DNA of 64,000 nt from Candidatus Limnocylindria bacterium (GTDB taxonomy: Bacteria > Methylomirabilota > Methylomirabilia > Rokubacteriales > CSP1-6), in contig DATLFG010000042.1 in the NCBI GenBank assembly GCA_035524955.1, positions 45,791-109,790 of the forward strand, read 5' to 3'. This document shows positions 1 through 9,839 of the stretch, piece by piece. Positions within the stretch are counted from its first letter, which is position 1. Each line of letters starts with the position of its first letter. Both the position numbers and the translations under genes were made by a program. The notes under the pieces were generated by a model. It had not been told where the DNA came from, did no database searches, and saw only the letters and a list, made by a program, of their open reading frames with translations.

Positions 1-4
1 CCCA

Positions 5-2008
5 TCACGCGAGGCCTCGCGCCTCGCCGACCCCGGCGGCGACGGGCGCCGGCACGTCCGCGGGAAGCACGGGTCGGCCGTTCGCGACCTCCGGCCCTGC
101 AGTCAAGGGCCGGAACATCGCAACCATCGCGCCGAGCTCCTGCATGACGGCGCCGGTCGCGCCCTTCTCGGCGAAGCGCTCGAGGTCCGCCACGCTGCGT
201 CCGAGACTCGCGGGCGAGAGGTCACGGGCCCATCGGACCCGCCTGATCCCTTCCAGGCGCGACGGCTCGATGGTCTCGTCCGAGGCCACCAGCTCCTCCG
301 AGAGCTTCTCGCCGGGCCGCACCCCAGTGTAGGTGATCGGGATCTCACGCTCCGGGGTGAAGCCGGACAGCCGGATCAGGTTCCGCGCCATGTCCACCAC
401 CCTGATCTCGTCGCCCATGTCGAGGACGTACAGCGCTCCATTCTCGCCGAGCGCGGCGGCTTGGAGCACGAGCTGCACCGCTTCCGGGATCAGCATGAAG
501 TACCGACGCATGTCGGGATGCGTGACGGTGACCGGCCCGCCGCCCTTGATCTGCTCGAGGAAGAGCGGGATCACGCTGCCGTTGCTTCCCATCACGTTGC
601 CGAAACGCACCGCCACGAACCCGGTCGGGCCTCGCTCGGCCAGGGCCATCGCGAGCAGCTCCGCCACCCGCTTGGTGGCACCCATGACGCTCGAGGGGTT
701 GACTGCCTTGTCGCTCGAGATCAGGACGAACCGCTCCACCCCGTGGCGGACCGCGGCCTCTCCGACGATCCGCGTGCCCTTGACGTTGTTCTTGATCGCC
801 TCGCAGGGATTGAGCTCCATGAGGGGCACGTGCTTGTGGGCGGCCGCGTGAAGGATCAGCTCCGGACGATGCTCGGCCAGCACCTCGTCGACCCGTCCCT
901 CGTCGGTGACGTCCGCGATGACGGAATACACCCTCCCGCCGGGCTTCAGCCCGGCCACCGACCGCTCCACCGCCCAGAGCGCGTTCTCGTAGCGCTCGAA
1001 CAGCACGAGGCTCTTCGGCCCCAGCGCCGCGATCTGTCGACTGAGCTCGGATCCGATGCTCCCGCCGGCGCCGGTCACGAGTACCCGCTTCCCCTCGACC
1101 AGATGCCTCACGGTATCCATGTCGAGCCCGACCGGCACCCGCCCGAGCAGATCCGCGACGGCAAGGTCGCGGACGTCGTGGAGCCTTGCGCGTCCGTCGA
1201 GAATGTCCCGGAGGTGTGGCATCACCTTGATCGGCAGCTTGTACGACTCGAGTGCCTTCACCACGCCCCGGAACATCTCGGGGGCGGCCCGGGCGATCGC
1301 CACCAGCACCTCGCTCGGATTTGTCTGGGCGATGATGCGCGGCAGGTCCGCCCGCGTTCCGAGCACCGGGATCCCGTGGATCCGCTGGCCCACCTTGGTC
1401 GGGTCGTCGTCCACGAATCCGACGGGCCGATAGCCGTGCTCGCCCCCGTTCAGGATCTCCCGGACGATCGTCTCGCCTGCGTCACCCGCGCCGAAGATGA
1501 GCACGCTCCTCGTCCGGGCGTTCGCGCGGTACTCCCGCCCCAGGCGCCAACCGACCCGCGCCGCCGCCATGAGGAACACCACGAGCACCAGGTCCATCAA
1601 GAACACCGAGCGGGGATAGGCGCGCAGCCCCAGGACGCCGCGGATCAGCAGGCAGAAGAGGACGCTGCTCGCGGTCACGCTGGCCACGATCGCCCGCAAG
1701 TCCCGGAGGCCCACGTACTGCCAGACCGAGTCGTAGAGGTGGAACGGGATGAAGGAGAGCCCGCGGAGCAGCACGAGCAAGGGAATCGTCTCCCGCCAGA
1801 GGTCCGAGGCGGCGGCGGGGATCGCGCCGTCGAACCGGAGCCAGAAGGCAAAGTAGTTCCCGGCGACGGTCAGCAGCAGGTCCACGAGGACCACCGAGGC
1901 GCGCCTGGTCGTGACGAGCGGTCGTCTCAAAGGGTGCCGACGTCCTGGTCCCGATCCGACCTCGACCCTCGCGATGCGGACCGACCCCGCATCGTCCAGT
2001 CCGCCCAC
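5..2008 (-). CDS. Polysaccharide biosynthesis protein, CapD/PglF/WbpM family (membrane-anchored NAD-dependent nucleotide-sugar 4,6-dehydratase/epimerase)
   Basis: N-terminal hydrophobic helices are followed by a Rossmann 'LVTGAGGSIGSEL', then 'ISSDKAVNPSSVMGATKR' and 'VRFGNVMGSNGSVIP'. This is the typical CapD/PglF/WbpM C-terminal catalytic domain. The ORF overlaps the upstream wzc-like gene by about 80 nt, so the true start is probably downstream of 2008. Confidence 0.75.
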   Translation of the reverse strand: MGGLDDAGSVRIARVEVGSGPGRRHPLRRPLVTTRRASVVLVDLLLTVAGNYFAFWLRFDGAIPAAASDLWRETIPLLVLLRGLSFIPFHLYDSVWQYVGLRDLRAIVASVTASSVLFCLLIRGVLGLRAYPRSVFLMDLVLVVFLMAAARVGWRLGREYRANARTRSVLIFGAGDAGETIVREILNGGEHGYRPVGFVDDDPTKVGQRIHGIPVLGTRADLPRIIAQTNPSEVLVAIARAAPEMFRGVVKALESYKLPIKVMPHLRDILDGRARLHDVRDLAVADLLGRVPVGLDMDTVRHLVEGKRVLVTGAGGSIGSELSRQIAALGPKSLVLFERYENALWAVERSVAGLKPGGRVYSVIADVTDEGRVDEVLAEHRPELILHAAAHKHVPLMELNPCEAIKNNVKGTRIVGEAAVRHGVERFVLISSDKAVNPSSVMGATKRVAELLAMALAERGPTGFVAVRFGNVMGSNGSVIPLFLEQIKGGGPVTVTHPDMRRYFMLIPEAVQLVLQAAALGENGALYVLDMGDEIRVVDMARNLIRLSGFTPEREIPITYTGVRPGEKLSEELVASDETIEPSRLEGIRRVRWARDLSPASLGRSVADLERFAEKGATGAVMQELGAMVAMFRPLTAGPEVANGRPVLPADVPAPVAAGVGEARGLA

Positions 2009-4224
2009 ATCGACGCCCCGGAGGGGAGTGGTTCGTGGTGGTAGTACTGATAGCCGGCGGCGGTGTTTCGAACGTCCGCGTGATTGAGGACGACACCCAG
2101 GAGGCGCGCGCGGACCGATCCGAGCATCTGCACGGCACGCTGCGCGGCGTCCCGACCCGCGTGCCGGTGGCGGAGGACGAGGATGACGCCTTCCACCCGT
2201 GGCGCGAGCACCAGGGTGTCGCTAACCCCCAGCAGGGGCGGCGTGTCGATCACGATGTGAGCGAACCGCTCACCGAGCGCGGCCAAGGCCTGCGTGAATC
2301 GCGGAGAGAAAAGCAGCTCCGCCGGGTTCGTCGGCACCGGGCCCGCCGGGATCACGAAGAGCCTCGGGATTCGCGTCGGTCGGATGACCTCCGTCACTCC
2401 CACGCCCCCCACGAGCAGGTCGGACACGCCGGGCGTCTGGGGAACGCCGAGGATCCGGTGGAGATCGGGATGGCGCAGGTCCGCGTCCACCAGCAGCACG
2501 TCACCCATCCCGAGCTGGGCCAGGGTGATCGCGCAGTTCGTCGAGACGGAGGTCTTGCCGTCCTGCTGCTGGAGCGAGGTCACCAGCATGGTCTTGGGCG
2601 GGCGCTCCGGCGTGGCGTATACCACGCTCGTCCGCAGGTTGCGGAACGCCTCCGCGAGAATGGAGCTGGTCGCCTGGTGAGCCACCAGCGCGAAGGCGCC
2701 GGGGGGGCCGTCGCCCGCTCCGAGGGGCCGGCCGTCGAGGTGGGCCGGGAGCGCGGAGCGCGTCGGCACCAGCCCGAGAGTGGGGACGCGGAGGATGGCC
2801 TCGACCTCACGGGGATCCCGGATGCTCGTGTCCAGGTACTCGAAGAGAAACGCGAGGGCCACGCCGCCGACCAGGCCCACCATGCACCCGATCAACAGAT
2901 TGAGCCCGGTGCGCGGGCTCGAGCGTTTCAGCGGAACATCGGCGCGGTCCACCACCGAGATGTTCGAGAGCAGCAGCGACGAGGAAACCTGCGTCTCCTT
3001 CAGCCGCGTGGACAAGCCGGTGTAAAGCTCGCGGTTCGTGTCCACTTCCCGCCGGAGCAGGTTGTACCGCGCCATCTGGCCGTCCAGCTTCCGCGCCAAC
3101 CCTCGCTGCTCGTCCGCGAGCTTCCGGACCTCCGTCTCCTTCTGAAGTGCCGCTCGGTACTCCGCGCGGGCCGCTTCGACGAACCGTTGGATCTCCGCGT
3201 GAATCTGCCGCCGCACCTCCTTGATGTTCTCGGACAGCCGCTGCATGCGCGGATACTCGGCCTTGAAGGACTGGCCAAGCTCCCGGTATCTCCCCTCGAG
3301 CTTGGTCGCCTCCTCCTTGAGATGGGCGATCAGTGGGTCCTGCAGGACCGCCGGGAGGGAGTCGGCGGTCGCCCGGGTCGCCTGGGTGAGCATGCTCTCC
3401 TTGGCGATGCGCTCAGCCTTGGCCTCGAGGAGCGAATCGGACAGGGTCGCCAGCTCCTGGCTGATCAGGGCCTGGCGCTCGCCGACCCGCTCCCCGATGC
3501 GCTCCCCGCCGACGAACAGGATGTCGTTCTCCTCCAGGAACCGGCTCAACTGCACCTCGCTCGAGTGCAGCGCCTGCCGCAATTCATTCACCTGCGCGGT
3601 CAGGAACCGCGTGGCGTACTGGCTCGCGTCCTTCCTGTCGTCGAGCTGCTGGGCGATGACCTCGTCGGCCAGCGTATTCGCGACCTGCGCGGCCAGCTCG
3701 GGGCTGCGGCTCTCGAACGAGAGCTTGACCAGCCGCGTGTTCCGGACCGGCTCGACCTGGAGCCGGTCGAGGAACGCGTCGGTCAGCTCCCCCGGCCGAC
3801 GTCCGACCGAGCTAAACTCAGGATGACGTTCGAGGCCCACGAGCGCGATGACCCGGTTGGCGAGCGTGCGACGTTGCAGGAGGCGGCGCTCCGTCTGCAT
3901 CTGGGTCTGCGTGGACTCGCCCCCGGTGTCGTCGCGCCTGGGCGGCTCGAACTTGAGGATCCGGGGCTCGTCCTTCTCGATGCGGAGCATCGCGGTGCCG
4001 GTGAACACGGGCCGCGCGGTCACGCTCCAGACGAACGCGGTGAGCACCGCCCCCACGAATACCATGACCACCGTCCGCCGGTGCCGGGTGAGCACCGCCC
4101 AGTAGTCCCAGAAGTGCGCGTCGCCTTCCCAGGACCGGCGGGAATCCGCCTCGAGTCGGGCCGGGGGGAGCGGCGCCGGGAGGTCCCGGCCATTCGTTAG
4201 AGCGCGATGAGTTTGGTCGCTCAT
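1927..4224 (-). CDS. Polysaccharide co-polymerase fused to BY-family tyrosine autokinase (Wzc/EpsB-like)
   Basis: Long coiled-coil periplasmic region with a Wzz-like transmembrane segment 'LNLLIGCMVGLVGGVALAFLF'. C-terminal kinase with Walker A-like 'DGKTS', Walker A' 'VLLVDADLRHP', Walker B 'IVIDTPP' and a Tyr cluster 'GYQYYHH'. The start overlaps the wza-like stop by 4 nt. Confidence 0.8.
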   Translation of the reverse strand: MSDQTHRALTNGRDLPAPLPPARLEADSRRSWEGDAHFWDYWAVLTRHRRTVVMVFVGAVLTAFVWSVTARPVFTGTAMLRIEKDEPRILKFEPPRRDDTGGESTQTQMQTERRLLQRRTLANRVIALVGLERHPEFSSVGRRPGELTDAFLDRLQVEPVRNTRLVKLSFESRSPELAAQVANTLADEVIAQQLDDRKDASQYATRFLTAQVNELRQALHSSEVQLSRFLEENDILFVGGERIGERVGERQALISQELATLSDSLLEAKAERIAKESMLTQATRATADSLPAVLQDPLIAHLKEEATKLEGRYRELGQSFKAEYPRMQRLSENIKEVRRQIHAEIQRFVEAARAEYRAALQKETEVRKLADEQRGLARKLDGQMARYNLLRREVDTNRELYTGLSTRLKETQVSSSLLLSNISVVDRADVPLKRSSPRTGLNLLIGCMVGLVGGVALAFLFEYLDTSIRDPREVEAILRVPTLGLVPTRSALPAHLDGRPLGAGDGPPGAFALVAHQATSSILAEAFRNLRTSVVYATPERPPKTMLVTSLQQQDGKTSVSTNCAITLAQLGMGDVLLVDADLRHPDLHRILGVPQTPGVSDLLVGGVGVTEVIRPTRIPRLFVIPAGPVPTNPAELLFSPRFTQALAALGERFAHIVIDTPPLLGVSDTLVLAPRVEGVILVLRHRHAGRDAAQRAVQMLGSVRARLLGVVLNHADVRNTAAGYQYYHHEPLPSGASMWADWTMRGRSASRGSRSDRDQDVGTL

Positions 4225-5336
4225 ATTGGCTTCGCCACGCCGAGGGCGCCTCTGAAGAAGTCGATGAACCCGTAGAAGAAGGCCTTGCCGGCGTGCTTCC
4301 CGACGATCACCACGTCGTTGCGCTGCAGCTCGGGCGCCGGCTTGCCCTGCTCGAACGCGTCGATGTCGTAGCTGGTAACCTCGACTTCCCCGGACGGCCT
4401 CTTCCGATAGAGGCGCACGTCACTCCAGTCCGCCACGTCCTTGACACCACCGGCAGCGACAATGGCCTGCTGGACCGTCGTCTTGCCCCTCACCAGAAAC
4501 GATCCAGGGCGCTCGACCGAGCCACCGACGTAGACGGACCCCGCCCGCGGCACATGCACCACGTCGCCGGATCGAAGCGCGACGTTCAGGTCGTCGCGCC
4601 CGTCCGCCAGCTCGGAGAGGTCGATCGGGGCCATCACTTCGGCGGTCGCATCCCCGGCCGGCGGCGGTCCGCTCCTCGCGCTAGCTCCGCCGTCTCCCGT
4701 CGCGGTGACCGCGCTGAGCGGTGCGCGGCGGATCACGTACACGAGACGATCGGCCTCGTCGGTCAGCCCTTCCGCGAGGCCGAGGGCGTCGGCCAGGCGG
4801 AGCGGCCGGTTCAGGTTGAACACGCCGCCCTTCCGTACCGCGCCGATGACCGAGATGCGTTGGCTGTTGTGCTCCAGCAGGAAGACGGAGACCTGCGGGT
4901 CGTGCATGAACTTCCGCTGGAGTCGGGAACGGATCTCATCCTCCAGCTCAGAGGTGGTGCGACCGGTCGCCTGGATCTGGCCGAGCAGAGGCAGCGTGAC
5001 GACCCCCCGATGGGGAACGCGGAGCCGAATCCGGGACAACTCCTCCACCTCGAAGACGCTTACCTCGAGCAGGTCTCCCGCGCCGACCGGGAGATCGGCG
5101 CCGTCCGCCGACCGTGCCGCCTGCTCCAGGAGCCGGCGATTCAACGCCGTGGTGTTCGGCGAGGAGCCGGCCTCGAGCGATCCTCCTGCTCGGCCGGAGC
5201 CGCTCGCCGCGGAGGCAACGCCTCCCGTCTCCCGGAGCAGCGATCCCTGGTCGGGACCGGTGGCAGGAACCGACATCCCGCATCCCGCCATGGCGATCGC
5301 GATGACGGTGGTCAATACGTAACGCGTGTTCCTCAT
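4221..5336 (-). CDS. Polysaccharide export outer-membrane lipoprotein (Wza-like, Poly_export + SLBB)
   Basis: Lipoprotein signal 'MRNTRYVLTTVIAIAMAGCG'. Poly_export-like region 'VGAGDLLEVSVFEVEELS...LPLLGQIQATGRTTSELEDEI'. SLBB-like 'LRSGDVVHVP'. The ATG at 5334-5336 is preceded by a GGAGG RBS. Confidence 0.75.
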   Translation of the reverse strand: MRNTRYVLTTVIAIAMAGCGMSVPATGPDQGSLLRETGGVASAASGSGRAGGSLEAGSSPNTTALNRRLLEQAARSADGADLPVGAGDLLEVSVFEVEELSRIRLRVPHRGVVTLPLLGQIQATGRTTSELEDEIRSRLQRKFMHDPQVSVFLLEHNSQRISVIGAVRKGGVFNLNRPLRLADALGLAEGLTDEADRLVYVIRRAPLSAVTATGDGGASARSGPPPAGDATAEVMAPIDLSELADGRDDLNVALRSGDVVHVPRAGSVYVGGSVERPGSFLVRGKTTVQQAIVAAGGVKDVADWSDVRLYRKRPSGEVEVTSYDIDAFEQGKPAPELQRNDVVIVGKHAGKAFFYGFIDFFRGALGVAKPI

Positions 5337-5770
5337 CGTCCGCCTCCAGTAAAGACGATCGGCTCGTCCGGTCGCCGTGATCCCCGATCTCGGCGATCTG
5401 AGTGGGCGAATACTCACGCGCCGCTCCCCGGTCGTCAACTAGACGAAGGTCATCGCCATGCGACCGCGTGGTTATATCGCTACGACTTTGGTCGTACGAC
5501 TCGCGGCGCAGCGGCGCGGAGGCGCACTTCCTGCGTGGACGGGCGCCGCACGCCGGTATTCGTTTCCCGGTGCCGCGCGCCGCGTCCAGCGGCGCGGAGA
5601 TTTCCCGAGCGCGCCCGCGCGCCGCGTCGCGCTTGACAACGTCGTGCGCAGGGGTGCCGCAGTCTGATAGACTCCTTGACGGCCGCCTGAGGAGAAGGCA
5701 GAGCGCGCTTCCGGGAAGATCTTCGGTGAATGGTCCAGCACCAAGGTCTCGCCCGGGAAAAGGCGCGCGC
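5337..5770. promoter_or_regulatory. Divergent intergenic region between the polysaccharide export operon (minus) and the LuxR-family regulator (plus)
   Basis: A ~430 nt non-coding gap between two divergently oriented, well-supported genes. Promoters were not mapped. Confidence 0.3.
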
Positions 5771-6526
5771 GTGATACGTCGGAAAGCACGATCAGTCGCC
5801 AGACCGCCGGCCCCGCCCCCTGCGAAAGCCACGCCGCCCTCCGCGGCGACGTCCACCCTGATCCGCATCGCAGTACTGAGCGACAGCGGCCTCTTTCGCT
5901 CCGGCCTCCGAAGGATCCTGGAAGCCTATCGCTCCGTCGCGCTGGTAGGAGAAGGAAGCGCGCCTCCGGTGCGCGACCTCGTGCGAGCGTGCGCTCCGCA
6001 CATCCTCCTCGTGGACGCGCAGATCGAAGACGCTCTCGCGGTATGCGGCGAGCTTCGTCAGAACGGCGCCAGGCCGCGGGTGATCCTGGCGGGCGCCGAG
6101 GGAGATGACGGCTGGGCCCTCCAGGCGCTGAAGTCGGGCGCGCGGGGCATCCTGGGCAAGAGCGCCACCGTGGAGACCCTGCTCAAGGCCGTCCGGGTAG
6201 TCCACGAGGGTGAAGTGTGGGCGAGCAAGCGAGTGTTGACACTCACCGTCGAGGAGCTGGCCGCCCGCGGCCTCAGCCCCAGGCAGGCCGAGCCGTCGAT
6301 CAAGAACCGCCTGAGCGAGCGCGAGCAGGAGGTCGTCCGGCTCATCGCGAGCGGCCTGAGGAACAAGGAGGTGGCCGACCGCCTCGCGATCACCGAAGCG
6401 ACGGTGAAGGCGCACCTCACCCACGTCTTCCAGAAGCTCATGCTGCGCGGTCGCGGCCAGCTCGCGGCCCTCTACCACCAGAGCCTTATGCCGCTGGCCA
6501 CGAAGAACGGGGCCCGGCTCGGCTAG
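5771..6526 (+). CDS. LuxR/NarL(FixJ)-family response regulator (REC + LuxR-type HTH)
   Basis: Receiver-like 'IRIAVLSDSGLF...HILLVDAQIED...GILGKSAT'. C-terminal HTH 'LSEREQEVVRLIASGLRNKEVADRLAITEATVKAHLTHVFQKL'. The listed ORF starts at 5402. A GTG at 5771 is a plausible start, but the true start is uncertain. Confidence 0.6.
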   Translation: MIRRKARSVARPPAPPPAKATPPSAATSTLIRIAVLSDSGLFRSGLRRILEAYRSVALVGEGSAPPVRDLVRACAPHILLVDAQIEDALAVCGELRQNGARPRVILAGAEGDDGWALQALKSGARGILGKSATVETLLKAVRVVHEGEVWASKRVLTLTVEELAARGLSPRQAEPSIKNRLSEREQEVVRLIASGLRNKEVADRLAITEATVKAHLTHVFQKLMLRGRGQLAALYHQSLMPLATKNGARLG

Positions 6527-6616
6527 TCGGCTACGCTCCGGTTGACAGTCGGCCCGACCCGCGCACAATCGACACCCCCAGTCGACCTCAGGCCTTCGTG
6601 ATTCAAGGGCGGGCCC

Positions 6617-7042
6617 ATGTCGCTCACTCACCCCTACATGGTCCTCTACGCTCTGCACGACGCCCTGGTGAAGCCCATGCCCGGCCAGCCCCGTGCGCCG
6701 AGCCCGGCCGGGTCGTGGTCGGTCTCCAAGGACGGCCTCGTCTACGAGTTCGTGCTCCGGAAGGGCGCGCTCTTCCACAACGGCGACCCGGTCGCCGCGG
6801 ACGACGTGCAGTACTGGCTCGAGCGCTACCGCGGCACCGCGGTCAAGGCGCTGAAGAAGCGCGTGGCCGGCGTGGAGACGCCGGACTCCGGGCCCGTGCG
6901 CATCCGCTTGAAGTATCCCTGGCCCGACTTCCTGGCCTTCCTGAATGGCGTCGGGCCCCGCGTGCGCGAGTCGCGCCTTGGCCTGATCGCGGGCCACGCC
7001 TACTCGGCGCCCTACGAGGACGTCACGCTGAAGGGCAGGTAA
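6617..7042 (+). pseudogene. Fragment of an ABC-transporter substrate-binding protein (SBP family 5, peptide/nickel type)
   Basis: 'SVSKDGLVYEFVLRKGALFHNGDPVAADDVQYWLERY' matches the conserved N-terminal region of family-5 SBPs. The ORF is only 141 aa against about 500 aa expected, and both ends are missing. Confidence 0.45.
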
Positions 7043-7443
7043 GTGAAGACGAGGTGCGGGGGGAGGTAGAGCACGAGCGAGAACGCGACGAGCAGCAAGG
7101 CGAGGTAAGCCCAGGGGGGCAGCGCGGTCTGGGGTCGGCCGAGCCCGTGCACCCAGTTGACGTTCTCCGCCGGATCCGTGAGCCAGTAGGTCACCGGCAG
7201 CACGACGAGGGCGAGCAGGCTCTGGTAGAGCCACGCCCGCCGGTCGTAACCGAGCCGGGCCACGAGCCACACGAGCCCCGCCGGCAGCGGCACGTGGAAG
7301 AGAGAGAGCGCGCGGAGATAGCGCGGCGTGGCCGCGTCGAACATGTATGCGCTCATGCCGAACATCGGGCGCCCGGTGAGCTGCCGGCCGAAGAACTCGA
7401 GGTTCCACGCGAGCTCGGGCAGCAGCACCGCCAGCATCATCAT
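7012..7443 (-). CDS. Hypothetical membrane protein
   Basis: 143-aa ORF with several hydrophobic helices (LAVLLPELAW, LVWLVARLGY, LLALVVLPVTYWL, AYLALLLVAFSLVLYL). No recognisable family. Confidence 0.35.
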   Translation of the reverse strand: MMMLAVLLPELAWNLEFFGRQLTGRPMFGMSAYMFDAATPRYLRALSLFHVPLPAGLVWLVARLGYDRRAWLYQSLLALVVLPVTYWLTDPAENVNWVHGLGRPQTALPPWAYLALLLVAFSLVLYLPPHLVFTYLPFSVTSS

Positions 7444-7571
7444 GCTGGCGAGCAGCGGGCTCTCCAGAGAAAGTTCTTCGGGCCGTAGTGCGTCCAGTAC
7501 ACCGGCACCAGGACGAGAAGGAAAAGCGTGTAGGCGAGCTTGATCCCGAGGTGGATCTGATCGCCCGCCAC

Positions 7572-7901
7572 CTAGATGATCACCTTCTCCTCGACCACGA
7601 AGGTCTTGTTGCCGCCGATGAAGAGCGCCCCGTCGGCGTGGAGCGTGGCCATCTCGGGTGCGGCGAGGGCGCCGTCCATGCCCGCGCGGTCCTCGAACCA
7701 GAGCTCGGCGATGCCGTCCACCTCGATGGGCGTGGTCGGGATGTCGGGGCGCCGGTACTCCTCGACGATCTGCGACTGCACGGAGCGGCCCAGCCCGGGC
7801 ACCGCGTGGGCCAGCGGGGCGTGCACCTCGAGCCAGTGGCGCGTGAACTGCTCGCGCGTCATGCCCGCCTTCGGGGTCAGCAGCGAGACGCGCTTGATCA
7901 T
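7572..7901 (-). CDS. EthD-family protein
   Basis: ~109 aa: 'MIKRVSLLTPKAGMTREQFTRHWLEVHAPL...IAELWFEDRAGMD' resembles the EthD/Dabb ferredoxin-like domain. The listed ORF extends upstream in a GC-rich frame. The start was chosen at MIKRV. Confidence 0.5.
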   Translation of the reverse strand: MIKRVSLLTPKAGMTREQFTRHWLEVHAPLAHAVPGLGRSVQSQIVEEYRRPDIPTTPIEVDGIAELWFEDRAGMDGALAAPEMATLHADGALFIGGNKTFVVEEKVII

Positions 7902-8575
7902 GACGGCAGAATGGGATTGATCCGCTTGTAGACGACCGGCGAGCCCGCGTCGAGCCGCATGTGATGCCGCACCCGGCGGGTCCACGGGTTCGCGTCGCGC
8001 ACCCGGTTCCAGGCCTCGCTGTCGGGCACGTCGGGCCGCTCGAACTCGTAGACCGTGAGGTACTTGGGCTGGCCTTCCACCGCCATGAAGCGGCGGGCGC
8101 GAATTACCCCGGGCACCGTGAGGTAGTCCGGGAGGTAGACCCAGTTGTACCAGTCGTTCCACTCCTCCTCCATGTGGGCCGGGATGTCCATGCGCCCCAT
8201 CTGCAGATAGGGCGACGGCCCCATGGTCAGCTCCACCGGGTTGGTACGCGCCGGGAAGATCTGACGGTAGCCGTTCAGCAGGTAGTTGCGCCCGACATGG
8301 CCGCCCGAAATTTGCTGCCGGCGCGCGGAGGGGCGGAAGCGCACCTCGTCGAGGAAGGCGGCGGTGCGCAGCACGCCGGCCTCCTCCAGCTCGTACATCG
8401 CGAGGTACTTGGGCCCGCCGCGCACGGCCACGTAGCGCGAGGCGGAGAGGAAGCCGGGCACCTTGAGCAGCCGGTCGAGATGCTCCTCGTCGTACCAGCG
8501 GTTGAACTCGGCCTCGTACTGCGCGTCCACGTCCGTCCACAGCATCAGCAGCCCGGTGCCGCGCGTCTTGGCCAT
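7898..8575 (-). CDS. Hypothetical protein with two tandem ~110-aa ferredoxin-like repeats
   Basis: Internal duplication: 'WTDVDAQYEAEFNRWYDEEHLDRLLKVPGFLSASRYVAV.GGPKYLAMYELE' and 'MEEEWNDWYNWVYLPDYLTVPGVIRARRFMAVEGQPKYLTVYEFE'. The start was chosen at MAKTRG (8575). Confidence 0.4.
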   Translation of the reverse strand: MAKTRGTGLLMLWTDVDAQYEAEFNRWYDEEHLDRLLKVPGFLSASRYVAVRGGPKYLAMYELEEAGVLRTAAFLDEVRFRPSARRQQISGGHVGRNYLLNGYRQIFPARTNPVELTMGPSPYLQMGRMDIPAHMEEEWNDWYNWVYLPDYLTVPGVIRARRFMAVEGQPKYLTVYEFERPDVPDSEAWNRVRDANPWTRRVRHHMRLDAGSPVVYKRINPILPS

Positions 8576-8682
8576 GCTCGCTCCCTCGTGGATGCGCCCT
8601 TGACTGCCCGGTCGGCGTCGCGCAGGATCGGCGGCGGTCGACGTGTACGCGCCGACGATACGGCAGCGGGAGGAGAGACGCA

Positions 8683-9573
8683 ATGGGACTGCTCGACGGC
8701 AAGGTGGCGGTGGTGACGGGCGGCGGCACGGGCATCGGGCGCGCGGTCTCGATCGGCTTGGCGGCGGCGGGCGCCCGCGTCGTCGTGAACGACTACGGGG
8801 TCAGCGTGGACGGGATGGATCCCTCCCGCGAGCCGGCGAACCAGGTGGTGGCGGAGATCCGCAAGGCGGGCGGCCGCGCGGTGGCGGCGGCGGACAGCGT
8901 GGCCACCATGGCGGGCGGGCGCGCGGTGGTGGAGCTCGCGCTCAAGGAGTTCGGCGATCTCCACGTGCTGGTCTGCTGCGCGGGCATCCTGCGCGAGCGC
9001 ATGATCTTCAACATGAGCGAGGAAGAGTGGGACGCGGTGATCGCGGTGCACCTGAAGGGCCACTTCACGGTCATGCAGCCGGCCACGCGCCACATGCGCG
9101 AGCGCCGAGCGGGCAGCATCATCACCTTCACCTCCGCCGCGGGCCTCGAGGGCAGCCCCGGCCAGCCCAACTACTCGGCGGCCAAGGAAGGCATCGTGGG
9201 GCTCACCCGCTCGACCGCGCTCGCCATGGCGAAGTACGGGGTGCGCTGCAACGCGATCTCGCCCACCGCCGACACGCGGATGACCCAGCGGCTGCCCGGT
9301 GAGCGCCGCGGCGCCGCCACCGCCACGCCGCCCGAGGCCATCGCGCCGGTCGCGACCTTCCTGGTGAGCGACCGGGCCCGTCACATCACCGGCCAGGTGA
9401 TCGGCGTGCGCGGGAGCGAGGTGACCGTGTTCTCCCACCCGGCCCCGCTGCGCACGGCCAGCACGCCGGGCGAGTGGACCGCGGAGCAGCTCGCGGAAAC
9501 CTGGGACCGCACGCTCGGCCAGGACCGGCTGCGCCGGCTCGACACGATGAAGATCGCCTGGCCGCCCGCCTGA
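8683..9573 (+). CDS. Short-chain dehydrogenase/reductase (SDR family)
   Basis: 'KVAVVTGGGTGIGRAV' Rossmann motif, 'NAG' region, catalytic 'YSAAKEG' (YxxxK), 'VRCNAISP'. RBS GGAGAG before the ATG. Confidence 0.85.
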   Translation: MGLLDGKVAVVTGGGTGIGRAVSIGLAAAGARVVVNDYGVSVDGMDPSREPANQVVAEIRKAGGRAVAAADSVATMAGGRAVVELALKEFGDLHVLVCCAGILRERMIFNMSEEEWDAVIAVHLKGHFTVMQPATRHMRERRAGSIITFTSAAGLEGSPGQPNYSAAKEGIVGLTRSTALAMAKYGVRCNAISPTADTRMTQRLPGERRGAATATPPEAIAPVATFLVSDRARHITGQVIGVRGSEVTVFSHPAPLRTASTPGEWTAEQLAETWDRTLGQDRLRRLDTMKIAWPPA

Positions 9574-9839
9574 CGCGGCTCCGGCGGGGCTCCTCATCGT
9601 GGTCGCGACCGCCGGCCTCTCGACGGTGACTCCGCCCGAGGCGAGCCCTTCGGTCCTGGGCCTGGGCGCGTCGCGACCTGCTCGATCCGCGCGGCTGAAA
9701 GGCGGCTGACACTCTGACGGTAATCGTCCACCCGTGAGCGCCGCCGGCGCCGGCGGCTCCGCAATCCCGCCTTCAATCCCGTGCTTGGGACCATGGCACA
9801 ACGCGTCCCGGTGGCACAGGCGATGCAACCCTCCGAGAC

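Noticed and set aside
2035-4200. 721-aa plus-strand ORF antisense to the wzc-like gene. Similar long antisense ORFs occur at 461-2044, 5792-7408, 11281-14361, 27405-29732, 30342-33143, 37829-39850, 41750-43285, 44134-46119, 47225-49324, 50208-52409, 54064-55755 and 59124-60134.
   Set aside because: Stop codons are rare in about 70% GC DNA, so such ORFs are expected by chance. They have Arg/Pro/Gly-rich low-complexity translations with no recognisable domains. Each one overlaps a well-supported gene on the opposite strand.
5402-5770. N-terminal 120-aa extension of the LuxR regulator ORF (start at 5402)
   Set aside because: The extension is Arg/Ser/Pro-rich low complexity that overlaps the wza promoter region. 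The receiver domain begins near 5850, so a later start is more plausible, although its exact position is uncertain.
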